From Pocillopora damicornis (Eukaryota), in the NCBI RefSeq assembly GCF_003704095.1, contig NW_020844752.1:1-64000 (forward strand): a stretch of 64,000 nucleotides of DNA. Reading direction: 5' to 3'. Positions within the stretch are counted from its first letter, which is position 1. Each line of letters starts with the position of its first letter. Below are positions 51,916-63,678 of the stretch, in pieces. Under the pieces are notes generated by a model. That model saw nothing but the letters and a program-made list of their open reading frames with translations. It was not told the origin of the DNA and searched no databases. Both the position numbers and the translations under genes were made by a program.

Positions 51916-53488
51916 ACGTTATCATATAGGCGAATAAGCGCGCTTAATGGATTTTAATTCATGGACCAGGTTAAAAGGCTCGATGGTCCGCTTTAGCTCT
52001 TTATTGAGCACACTGACCTATATTTTTTTTCGCATAATTCTGGTGTACAAATTATCCCTTTTTAGATTGGAGAATCTTATTTGGCCTTTTTGGCTCCGAT
52101 GAATCCCTCAATAAAGAAGATGGTAGTCCTCTTGTAATAACAAAATTTGCAGGGTTTAGCTTCAGCTCGCATTGCATATCGATTTGAAAACTGAAATGAA
52201 TAATACAGAAGTAACGTAGGAGAAAATAAATGGGGGAAAATAGATAACACGGTTGCAGAAACAAAACCATTTCCAATTTGAGGAAAAAGAGTTTTTGCCT
52301 GCGACTTCTGAGCTACAGAAAACACTACAGGATACAGAAGATATAGCTGACAACAATGAAATCACGAGGGGGATATATACCGCATGGTAGAACAACATAT
52401 AGTCACTTTGAAGAAATTTTACAGAGTTACTATATGTCGTTCTACCATGCAGTATATACCCGTACTCCAGAGGTTCGGCTAAGACCCCTTTGGTGCTTTC
52501 TTTATTTTGCCTAGTGGAAGTCATTAACCCATCATTTCCTTCGTGGGTAAAGCATGCATGAGTGTGAACAGCCCATTCGCTCAGTAACCTGCTTCAAGTG
52601 ACAGACCAAATGCTTGCGCGGCCGTTGATTGTAGGCCAAGAGTTTGAGGTTACAGTGCCCGGCGAAGCTAACGGAGGAATGGGAAGGAGAAACCTTAAAA
52701 CTGACGGCGGCTTGGGCACCTCGAAAAATTCAGCCTTATTTCTTTTTATGTACGTCCTTTGAAATCCAGTGAAATCTCCCCCAATCTTTGCTATGTTTTT
52801 TACTTTTTAGCTATAGTTGCCTCTTGTTTGTTATTCTATCTTTATCCGAATTTAAAATACTTTGTATTCTCTTTCAAGTGAAAGGAGGCTATGAATATCG
52901 AAAAAGACGATGATAAAACCTTGAGACGTTGCTGTTTGTGAAGGCTATGCCTTTTTTCACCAATAGAAAGCCAAAGATATTAACCTTAAGCCCGTTCTTG
53001 TGGTGACATAAAACAAATATTTCATCGTCTGCGTCTTATTTTACACCGTCCCGCTTGTGAAATTCAATATACCCAGGGTTTGTTCTCTATTAGTCCTCTT
53101 ATTTTCTCCAAGAATTTTAACCTAAATTAAAAAAGTGTAATATGGATTTAGGAATATTTTCCTTATTAATCCTTATTTATTAACATACTTTTTTTTTTGC
53201 AAAGAAATAGGTTGTCATATCTTCATTTTTTATCGTTATTATTTTAGCTCCTAAATTTTAAAAGTCGGCGTTATATCATGACTTCTATTTCGGAAACGCA
53301 AGGAGAGCGATGCTCCATTTTTCTCTTTTTTTGTAAGCATTGTTTGTTTCGTCTTAAGGAGCTCTTTTCTTAGATGACTTTCTTACTGTGTGTGCCTCTT
53401 TGGGTCACTTGGGAATAGCCATGTGAGGTTGATTTTCAACCGCCATGCAAACATATTCTGTACTTGTGTATCCAAAATAATATAACAT

Positions 53489-53588
53489 NNNNNNNNNNNN
53501 NNNNNNNNNNNNNNNNNNNNNNNNNNNNNNNNNNNNNNNNNNNNNNNNNNNNNNNNNNNNNNNNNNNNNNNNNNNNNNNNNNNNNNNN
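53489..53588. other. Assembly gap (100 N, probably unsized)
   Basis: Run of N at the position where exon 1 of the copy-2 gene is expected. Confidence 0.95.
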
Positions 53589-54004
53589 ATCTCTTCACTT
53601 GTGGAATCATTCCTGTTGTAGTCAAAAGCCCCACTGAAGCTCTTATACATAGCAGGCACTCCAAGTTTGTAGTGATAGTTTTGCCGGACAGTGATCCTAC
53701 CCTGATCAGAAAAGTTAGGTTGGTAGCTCATCTCAGTCCTTTACCATAAATATTTTCAGTACTAAATATTGCTTATATTATCCCAAAGACTTTAAAAGTA
53801 CATCTATTGCAATAGAGATGTCACTCCTTCTAAACCAAGTGACAAAAAATTGTTAGAGAAATATTACTCAATTGACTAAGTAAATGTTATACTTCATAAT
53901 TAAGTTTTCCTTACAGCTTCAACATTCTGTGTATTTGCCTTTTTTTTGAATATGTGTTAACTCAGTAAAGTTCTTCAGGAATTTGGGTTGAGCTTTTATT
54001 CCAG

Positions 54005-55852
54005 GTCAGCTGATGGCATCAACTGTCAAACACCAGTGATTGTCATTTCAGTGGCTGATATTTTACCAGGTAGGCTCTAAGTATGTTTCAAGAATGACTA
54101 GCCCTTTTCTTCCTATAAGATTTGTGGATATATGAAAGACATGTAAAAGCAACCTTAACATTCAGGAACTAGATCAGAAACAAGTGAGAGATTTCACTTC
54201 AAATATTTAGCATAATGATAAGATAATGTGTACTTGTATAACTTTATTCGAGTGAGCCATAACTTTTTGCACAGTTTTAGTTAAAGGGTATAATTACCAG
54301 TAAGCTGTTCCTGATTGAAAAACTGTGAAACTGCCTGGTTTTTTTTTTTTTCTTTATCCCATCTCTGCAAAAACGTCTCCCTTCATAGTGATGGTTTATG
54401 GTTTTTTTTGCAGGAAAATAGTGCAAGGGTGCAGTTTCATGGGTGATAAAATCTAATGATATCAAATAACAAGTTATAGTGACTTAAGAAATTTAGTTGG
54501 AGTAAACTGACAAAATTTACTCCAAGTGAAACTTAAGCCATGATCCTAACTCTTGAAAAGAACTAGAAATATGTTAAAAAATTTTTCTTGACAAGTGCTT
54601 CTTTCCAAACAAATGGTCCCTGGTTTACATGTGTTCTTGGAATTGTCATCTCAGTTTATTATTTTTTCTTTAACAGAAAGCACTTTGCACATGTTGGGCA
54701 GAAATGAGATCCAAGAAGCAATCCATAGAACATCAGATCCTGAAAAGTTTGAAACTGATTTGATAACAGCCTTAAGTCATTTCATTAGGCAGACTCACCG
54801 TACTGGTAAGTGTCAGAAATATTTTGCTTTCATCTCAGTATGGCCTGTGAGCCCCCATATGACCATTCTGCAGGAGGTTGTTGCTTGACTTCAAATCTGT
54901 ATAACATCATTCAGAGATCTTTGTGATTTAATTGATGATGAAGAAGGTGGTTAACACTTTAACTCCCAAGATCTCTTTAGCAATTCTCCTTACTGTCTGC
55001 CATACAATTCTTATAATGTTTGTTCAGAGAATTTAGTATTGGATCAACCAATTATCCCCTAATTGATATTTTACCTTATTCTCATCTCTTCTATGCTTGA
55101 TATTGTAAGAGAAATTCTGTCTTGATCACTCATGGGAGTTAAAAGGTTAAAAGAGTGGGTCATGGTGCCAATTTTCTAATTTCAGCATGTCTGTATTGTT
55201 ACTTAAATCTTCTTTAGAATCTTTTAATCATAAACAAAAAATTGAAATGATACATGTGCAGTAGAACAACACCCATCAGTTCATGTTGATTGTTTACCTC
55301 TGAACTGATCCCAGTTACAAGTTTGTTGTTAAAGTATTTGGATGAAGCAGTCATGAGAAAAGTATAATCCAAGATGATGTTCTAATGCTTATCCACAGTG
55401 GACCAGGGACTGTCATTGTTACCTATGCCAGTCCCAGTCTGTTGGAGTACCGCACCTTCGCAGTATACCTCAGCTCTTGCACACCCATTTGAACATCCAG
55501 AGGGAACAGGTTTGACGACTGGTTTAGTAAATTATGCACCAAGAAAGCCAATTCTTACTCAAATTCAAGATCTCAGTGAAAAAAGGTTCGTAGACCAAGT
55601 TCAGGAATCTAGGAACCTATTGGTAAGTGGCCAGACTGTGACTCAAGTCATGAACCAAGGACTGGCTACTCCTAAAGCCCCTCCTTCTATGGGACTTGGT
55701 ACTCAAGAAAATTCAGAAGCAGTGTTACCTGGTATTGAGACACTTTTGAATGCCATTCAAGTGGTGGAAGGTGAATCTCCAGCCACCGATAATGAAGCTC
55801 CTTGTTTCACAAAGATCACAGCTCTTAATGCTCCTGACTCTGTTAAATCAAG
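54005..55852 (+). CDS. Internal exons of an unrecognised protein (54005-54069, 54677-54805, 55399-55852); both ends unresolved
   Basis: Phase-compatible GT-AG exons with no stops: SADGINCQTPVIVISVADILP-ESTLHMLGRNEIQEAIHRTSDPEKFETDLITALSHFIRQTHRT-VDQGLSLLPMPVPVCWSTAPSQ...GIETLLNAIQVVEGES...DSVKS. No domain recognised. Confidence 0.55.
54951..55150. mobile_element. TTAA-flanked MITE with a demonstrable empty site in copy 1
   Basis: Filled: GAAGGTGG-TTAA[CACTTTAACTCCCA...TGGGAGTTAAAAGG]TTAA-AAGAGTGGG. Empty: GAAGGTGG-TTAA-AAGAGTGGG at 45158-45161. Confidence 0.9.
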
Positions 55853-56431
55853 GTTAGTTTGCGTGTTGTACTTGGTGGTAAAAAGAAGGAAAGATTTCCG
55901 CAATTTTTTCCCAACAAGATGACCGCTGGGTTAAAACCGTTTTTTTAAAGGATCAATATTTGCATATCTTGAAAATTGGAAATATTTAAAAATCGCTTAT
56001 TGCAATCAGCTTCACTTTTGAACGTCATCAGTTATTCTTGTTTCCTGTTTCTTTTCTGTTCTTCTCCTTTAACAAGCTTAATTTTTTTGTCTTGTTCAAG
56101 TTCAACACAGGTTAGATTGCACAGAAAAAAAGTTCATTAAAATAATCGACGTGCGTTGACTCGAGTTTTCACAATTGTAAAAACAACAGCATTGCAAAAA
56201 TCTTATAGCAAAAAAAATTTACAATTAATTTATAATAAAAGTTATTGTGACAATCTGTAAGTTTAGTCATCCCAGTTGCTTAAACGTTCTGTAATTTTAG
56301 TCATCCCAGTTGCTAAGACGTGATGTCATGGGGGAGGGGGGGTATTGTTTCCTTTCCATGTCATCCTCTACCCCCTCTAATTGTTTTGCAAATTTTCATA
56401 ACGATTCACTTTAATAACGCCACTGGGTCGG

Positions 56432-56531
56432 NNNNNNNNNNNNNNNNNNNNNNNNNNNNNNNNNNNNNNNNNNNNNNNNNNNNNNNNNNNNNNNNNNNNN
56501 NNNNNNNNNNNNNNNNNNNNNNNNNNNNNNN
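56432..56531. other. Assembly gap (100 N)
   Basis: Run of N. Confidence 0.95.
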
Positions 56532-56830
56532 TTAACTGGTGGAATAGATTATTATATTTATTTTGGCGAGTGGCTCATCTAACGGTGTTCGATTGATCAA
56601 GGAATCTTTCTATGCTTATTACTTGGGAAAATTGCGCCTCAGTCAACCAATACGATTTTTAAAAAACTCCAATTTGTTCACAAGCGTTTTCCTGCACTTG
56701 GAGCAAGGTAAGTGCATTTACTTCGAGGGATTGTCCTTTAATGGACTCCCTGTTATACATCAGCTTCTCTCCTGAATGGCTTTTGCGAGTATGTGTGGAC
56801 AATCATTCGAATTCACAAATTGCTACAAAT

Positions 56831-56980
56831 AATGGTAATTGAGCTGAGTGGAGTGCAATTTGGTCTTAAATCATATACGTAATTTCAAAATCAAACGAGT
56901 GTGCAGCGCGGGTTTGATTTGAAATCCCAAGTATGATATCAGACCAAAATTGCAGGACGCGAAGTTCAATTACCACTTTA
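56831..56980. repeat. Imperfect palindromic dispersed repeat (MITE-like)
   Basis: TGGTAATTGA...TGCAATTTGGTCT...TTTCAAAATCAAAC / GTTTGATTTGAAA...AGACCAAAATTGCA...TCAATTACCA. Confidence 0.6.
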
Positions 56981-58727
56981 TTACATCTGTTTTGTAATCG
57001 CAAAATTTATTCGCTCGATTTTTTTTTAGTCTGTAGAAATATTTTATTGATCCAGTCAGTATATTGAGCTGGTTTGTAAAAAGTTGTCCCTCATTTTCTT
57101 TTAATTTCGTTGATCTCTTTAAACAAGCCCTGAAATTTGATTGGTTGTTGTGTTTTAGTGAAGATATCTCATTGGCTAGGAAAAATATGCGATTTAGAGC
57201 TTAAAATGGTGCGATTTGTGTATGAATCGCATCGGCGAGATTCAATCAGATTGCAAGGATCGTAAGTGATTTCAAAAAGGATGCAATAAAGCTCGATACG
57301 AACGATTAGGGCGCGTGAGAGAACGAGTTTTAAACGAAAGAGTGAGTCCATGAGCGATCGAACAGAAAACTGGAACGGGGACAGAGAACGGTCAAGCATT
57401 TGAGCTTGGCTCACGCAGTTTTGACAAGCCTTGCACCTCTTTCATGAATAAACTTTTTTTTTATGTGCATAAAAATAAACCTTCCAAGCTTCTTTTCAGA
57501 ATAAAACTTGCATTTTCGAACATGTTGACAATACTATGCAAGCTAATTCATACGTACAGAACAAAACAGGAATTAGGCCCGCCCTTCATAGAGCTCTAGT
57601 GAAAACAGCTAGTGAAACGAAAGTGTTACCTCACCGTTTGCGCCACTAAAACTGGGGAATATCCGTGCAGTGTTATATCGTGAAACTCTCCGTTTAAAAT
57701 TTAATTCATGATGGTAAGGAACATTTTTTGTTGTAGGTGTAAAGGAAAGTGCTAATAATACTAATAATTAGGGATAAATATTTAAACACTTGGCAAAGCC
57801 TTAAATGCGTTAGGAGTTCCTTGATTTAACACTGATGACTGTTCGTTAAAGGAGGTTAGTTCTCAAACAAATACTGTCCGAGCAGATTTCAGGCCAAACG
57901 GAGGGCATTGGTTTTTTGCGTGCAGAGGTGACTTAATTAATAATTAAATTATATGCTTCTTTCTTGCAGACGTTTAAACAGGAATGGTGTGAGGTGTTCA
58001 ACATGAATGCCCCTTCCGATGCTAATTAACAGTAACAACGCACAGCAATTCCCAGACATGTTCTTTCTCCAAAGAAAAAGAGGAGTTTTTTTTACCACCA
58101 GCATCCTTGGGAGTGATCTCTGTAGAAGCAAGTAGTTTACAATAACTTTTTCTTCAGATCACCAAAAACAAGAAATATGACAACGCACACTTAAAATCCT
58201 GAATTAATTTTTTTGCTTTTTAATTTTCTCCGATTAAAAATAAACCGCTCTCAATCTCCAGCCCTTTTTGATTCACAAATGTGTCGAATTTGGTCCTAAA
58301 TCTCATTTAAGAATGTAATGATAACTTGATCCATTGCTGGACGGCAATGATGTACATAACATTTGTATTAAAAGCGATTGTGAAATTTTTCAGTATAACG
58401 TACGACAAATAATGGATTTTATCACCACGATTAAAATAAATCTCTCATACAGCCAACTTTTTACTAGTCTCCCTTGGTGCGTAAGTTTTTCACGATTATC
58501 CCTTTATCTTTATGCATAATTTAATGAGCCTGCTCCATGCATTTATAATTAATGGCGTAGAAAAAGATAATTTTATAATAATAAATTAGAAATCCATACA
58601 TGTTGCTTATTGGACTCGACAGAATTGGGAACATTCATAAAACATGTAGTAATGGAAGCTGCTTCACGGTTTATACATCATGAAAAATTTGCCTTAAATA
58701 ATTCTTGCTCATCATGCGTAACGATCG

Positions 58728-58929
58728 TTAACCCTTGAACTCCCACGAGCGACCAAGACAATTTCTCTTTACATTATCGACACAATATCAAGCAGAAAGG
58801 TGATAAGAATGAAAAAATTGATCTGGGGATTAGTGCTCCAATACCAAATTTTCCATACTTACATCATAAAAATTGCATGGCAGATATTAAGGAGAATTAC
58901 TTATGAGATCTTGGGAGTGAAGGGGTTAA
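58728..58929. mobile_element. TTAA-flanked MITE, opposite orientation to the 54951 copy
   Basis: TTAACCCTTGAACTCCCAC...GATCTTGGGAGTGAAGGGGTTAA. Confidence 0.75.
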
Positions 58930-59194
58930 TTTTCCTCGTACTTAACTACCCTTGTTTCCTTTTTAGTTTATTCTTGTATCTTTCCAGGCGCTTGACCTGA
59001 CTCGTAGTATTGCTATGATTAGCTTGATTTAACTCTCTTCCAAAAACCACCACAAAGCGCTATTGATTAGAATTAGCCTTGTCTCCAGGCAACGAAAAAT
59101 ATATCACTAAGAAAATAATTTCAATAATTTTCAATTTTAAATTTCCCCTCCTTTGAGATAACATGAAGTGCCCCTTCTCTACTCTCAACAATGA

Positions 59195-62100
59195 TCAAAG
59201 GCTCGTCACTGTTTCATTCTCAATAATTACTTCAGTGTCTCTTTTTATAACAACCCCATCAGTCTTTGAGGATATTTTCTTAATTGACTTCGTCATTACG
59301 GAAGATTTCCTTCTCCGCTGACCAGTTCTTTTGGTTGGAACCAGTCCATCCATGTCGTCCATCATTTGTTCTAGGAACGCCTGGTCATCAGTTTCCATGG
59401 GAACAACAGAAATGTCACGCACCGCGCGAAACTGACCGCAGTTGTTCAAGTGCTCGTTCTCGAGACGGAAGAAATTCCAAATAAAACGCCTGAAACATAG
59501 GAATTTGAGAAAAACACTGCCTTGAAGCAGACACTTCATTGTTCGTGAATTTTGAAAAAACTCCTTTCATCTTTCTAATTTTTAATTAGAAATACATATT
59601 AATATTCGTCATCTTTACGGTCCTAGTTCCTTTCCAGTTCATCAACCCCGTTATGTCTATCCTCGCAAAGTATTACTTTCAAGGTTTCCTTTCAGCAACT
59701 GGAAATTCGTCTTACAATAACACATGACGTTACATTTTCACGCAAAAACTTTACCCACTGGTTGTTTTTTGTAATGCTGTGGTTCGCACTTCATTTACCG
59801 AAAGAAAATAGAAAAAGAGGAAAACAATAACGAGTCACCACAGCCAGTATATGGAAATGATAGTGGTGTGTCAAACATCGGCGCCATTAACGCACTAAGT
59901 CATACGCAGTAAAGGTGGGCAATGGATTATAAAGGGATAACGTAAAAGTGCAGCATTGGGGAAAGTGAAAGAAGTATTGGACGCCGATTGAGTGAAGTGT
60001 ACAGTGCATGATGGGAAGGTGGAAGGGGAAAATAGTGTCAGGAAAACTTTGATGTTGGGAAAAAAGTCAATCAATCAGGATTGATATTTGTTTGTTTCAT
60101 TTTGCACAAAATTACCATTTGACTTACCTAAATACTTCGCACACTGATAAAATAAGCTTCAGAATCTCAGAATGAAATATTTCTAGTTCTCCTACAGAGA
60201 CTGTTAGCGTCCATAACAACCGGAAAATCAAGTCCTCCACCATAGCGAAGTAGTAAAATGCCTAAAAGGAAAAACGAAACAGTAGATTTTATGCTTGCCA
60301 CGAGGCTTCAGCCGATGACTAAGTACAATGTAAGTTTCTTCTGTGTCAATGCTTCCTTTAATTTCTTGTTCAGAAAGCAGCAACAATTATATAGACCTTG
60401 GAATCAAGTAGTTACAACTTGAATGACATGGATCACAACAGTCTTAGTAGATTCGTTTCGGTTTATCATCGATCCCTACTAAGTCTATAGCATGTTTCTT
60501 TCCACCCTTTAACCCTATGATTGACCAATACGTAATTTCTCCTAACAATATCACCAGGCTATCAGAAAAAAACAGGTGATGAGAATCACAAATACATCGA
60601 GTAAATGGTGTTTTAACAGAAAAGAAAGGAAGAATTTTAATCAAGATTTTTGAAGTGAATGGTTACAGTCCGTGTTAAGGAGCCATCGTTGCTGGTGTTC
60701 TATCCTGCATCCATACACCCAATCGAGAAATCTCCAACTCACCTTGGATCTATAAACCGTTTCCTCTCTAAGAAATATATTTTCGCCGGACTTTTTATCT
60801 AGTAGGCCCCAGTCCATCTTGATGTCCCAGGTCAGGGTGTAACACGTGCTGATAATAGCAGCAATGATCCAGAGCATGAAAAAATGATCAGACCGAACAG
60901 AGTCTGATTTGGCTGTGAAAAGAAAATATCTACTATCATACACAACCTAAAAACCTCTCTCACGAAATTCACGTTATTTTGCTTTAGATGCACATTCTTT
61001 GCTTTAATAGACGATTTATCTCCGAGATCAACGAAAGTAGCTGTACCCTCCTTCATTATTCCGAGACACGGTGGTTCAGTGTTTACTTTCCACAGACTTG
61101 ACCCGGATCAAATAATCCGGGCTCGACATCAGGCCTGGTTCATTGTGTTGTGTTCCTGGCCACACACTAAACTCCCACTGACTCTCCACACGAGGTAAAA
61201 ATGTGAACCGCCAAGAAAACCAGACGAGATAGTCACTGTGGACGACGATTGATGGATAAGCATTCAATCCCGAAGGAGAAGCAATAATCCTGGTCGTTTC
61301 ATGTTACAGGAATCAATCACAGGGTAAGAAGACTTTTTCATACCCCATATTTCTTGTTGATTGTTTTGCATCAGGTGATAGCGTTCCCCGCAGATGCCTC
61401 TTAACCCACTAAGCGATAACAGCTGCCAATATTTTAAGTTCTGATTGAATTTCCGCTAGCTGTGCTCTTTATACTTCAAGCCCCTGCTTGCAGCCGCAAG
61501 TCAGCGAAAAAGAATACATTTTATACCCATCACAACAAGAAGAAAAACGCCCTTACCAAGCGTAGAAAACGCCACCACGAAGAATGATGTGGAGTACTTG
61601 CCAGCGTTGACAAGATGTGGAAAGGCGTGTTTGGTGTCCCTGTACCGCCTCAAGCACTGAGCAAAACGGAACCAGGCAGGTAGGCAGGCAACGAGAGGAC
61701 GGATACCATATAATGTACCATCACAAATCATATCTTCCGCTGAAATAAAATATATATGCACATACATGCGGAGTAATTCGTTAAAAAACGAGGACAACAA
61801 AGCGCTTCTCTTTGAAGGAGTGCCAGAATTAGCAACCTCTTTATGGGCACGCTCAATTCCACCACCAACCTTCCGTTTTCAAGGGCAGGCTTGGTTACCG
61901 CGTTGCGTTCTGGAGCACCTTGACCTCAGTGCCTCTGTCAACTCACGAGAAATAACGAAGAGAAAATACAAAAATTCTGGATTGTCATTAACCTGGAATT
62001 TCCTAGACCTCCATCCAAATGGTAAAGAAATACTCCATATCACTTTATAACTCAATAAGAACCTGGAATGATCTTCAGCAGATGTAAGTCATTGAGCCCG

Positions 62101-63102
62101 TGAAGACGTTAGCCAATTAGTTGTAAAAATAGCTTTCATCGTTGCCCTTTAGAATGACTGGACCAGCTTTTGGGGAAATTGAAAAGAGGACTGACATTAA
62201 ATTTATTTTGGAGAAAGAGTGGACATTTCAAGATACAAAAATATATTATATAACAACTACACTCACAGTTAGTCACGTGCCAGTCATGAGCGTAGAAACA
62301 AATAATGAACTGGAAATCAAGAAGTGCCACAGCTAAACTGTTAAGTTGATCTGCCAGCCAGAAATCGGCGAATCCCACGTGTTGAAAAGGAGCAGTAAAA
62401 ATGCGAAACTTTAAAGAGAACAAATAATGAAATGTTACCATTCAGATAACTCCATTAAAATGGGTTAAGTTTTCCTTTCCGAGGGATGCTGTATTTTTGC
62501 AAATTTATTTTGATTTTGAATCACGTGCCTCAATTTGGCGACTTTTGGTTTGTGGGGATAGACTGAAGCGATTGGCCAATTAACAAATCTATAGGTGGCT
62601 GGAGAGTATGGAAGTGAACCGTAATCAGACGTCCCTAGATTTTAGTTTTCAGACGTTGGCAACTGTGCAAAGGTCGCACCTTCATAAGAAACCTTTGACC
62701 TAACGTGTCATGGCGCGACCTTTGTGCGATCAGTTATGAAAAACTTTCAAACTAAATGTTCCCAACCCTAGCCCAAGCCCTCACTTTATTACCTAACAAA
62801 AGAGGAGAAGTGAACAAGAGCGAGAATGAAATTGACATTAAAGCTGGAATCTTCGATTAAATTCCCAATGAATAAAGCTACATTTGCACTCTGAACGATG
62901 AAAAAAATTTGCCTTAACTCACCAGAACTCTAAGAAGCCAGAAGCGTGCTTTGTAATAGCAGATTTTGAACGGATTGATCGTGAACAAGAATAGGAACGA
63001 CACTAGAACCAAATTGGGAGAGAAGGATTCTATTCCTATCTTGTGACTAAACATGAACACCACAAGACTGATGGCCCACAGGACACCCAGCAACAGCGCA
63101 AC
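59195..63102 (-). CDS. XPR1: Xenotropic and polytropic retrovirus receptor 1 / SLC53A1 phosphate exporter, 3' six exons (EXS domain); 5' part lies beyond the window
   Basis: Exons 63102-62923, 62408-62267, 61739-61557, 60912-60743, 60261-60128 and 59489-59195 splice in phase. Hallmark motifs: [98 protein letters not shown]. Confidence 0.97.
61062..61315 (+). mobile_element. Degenerate tRNA-headed SINE in an XPR1 intron
   Basis: A/B-box-like remnants (GTGGTTCAGTG...CCGGGCTCGAC) followed by CATTGTGTTGTGTTCCTGG...GATGGATAAGCATTCAATCC...ATCCTGGTCGTTTCATG, resembling a common cnidarian SINE body (recalled, not searched). Confidence 0.45.
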
Positions 63103-63464
63103 CTGAAATGGTAAGAAACGGTTTGTGTGAGAGGAAAGGGCCAATTATCAGTTCTCTAACTCAACAATAACGCAGGGCGACGCCATCCTTGAGAACTAAG
63201 AAAATAAATTGAACAGGATGGCATTTGCCAGCACCTTTTATTGCAATGGCGGTTGACTAAGATTGTCTGTGAGCGATTATTTTGTCCCCTAACTCTTCTT
63301 CCTCCTTTTAAAGAGTACATTCCTTTGACTAACTCGATTATTTTGTAATTCAGTAATTTCTTTCAAAAGTGAGAATTTTGTGAAACGTACAGCGAACAAT
63401 TGTTTCTTAGGTGGAGTAGATGGCAGTTAGTGCTCTATGTGAGTCAAACCACAAACTTGTTTAT

Positions 63465-63627
63465 CAGGTAATTTAGTGTTAACAACTGGGTTGAAAACGT
63501 AAATTAGCCACCGTAAAGGGTAAAAGAGCTGACGAAGGGCTAACGCTCGAAACGTCAGCTTTTTTACCCTTTACGGTGGCTAATTTACGTTTTCAACCCA
63601 GTTGTTAACACTAAATTACCTGCTATA

Positions 63628-63672
<45 letters not shown>

Positions 63673-63678
63673 TTTATT
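63465..63678 (+). mobile_element. Second Penelope-like hammerhead-bearing palindromic insert, 15-bp TSD, in an XPR1 intron
   Basis: Near-identical to 51668-51915 but in the opposite orientation. CTGACGA-AGGGC-TAAC-GCTC-GAAAC-GTC at ~63529-63556. TSD CACAAACTTGTTTAT at 63450-63464 and 63679-63693. Confidence 0.8.

Larger units (their letters stand above)
49121..52460. mobile_element. ~3.3-kb non-autonomous element with ~43-bp terminal inverted repeats, in copy 2 only
   Basis: Left end GGTACATACTGTATGGTCGAACAACATATAGTCACTTTGTAAA vs reverse complement of the right end GGTATATACTGCATGGTAGAACGACATATAGTAACTCTGTAAA. The ends coincide with the breaks in copy 1/copy 2 homology. No transposase ORF. 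Confidence 0.65.
45273..55272 (+). repeat. Tandem segmental duplication, copy 2 (~10 kb)
   Basis: At the junction GTAGAACAACA|GCGCTGAACAGAGAGTGGAAAGGG the end of the unit is joined directly to a second start of the unit. Confidence 0.92.
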
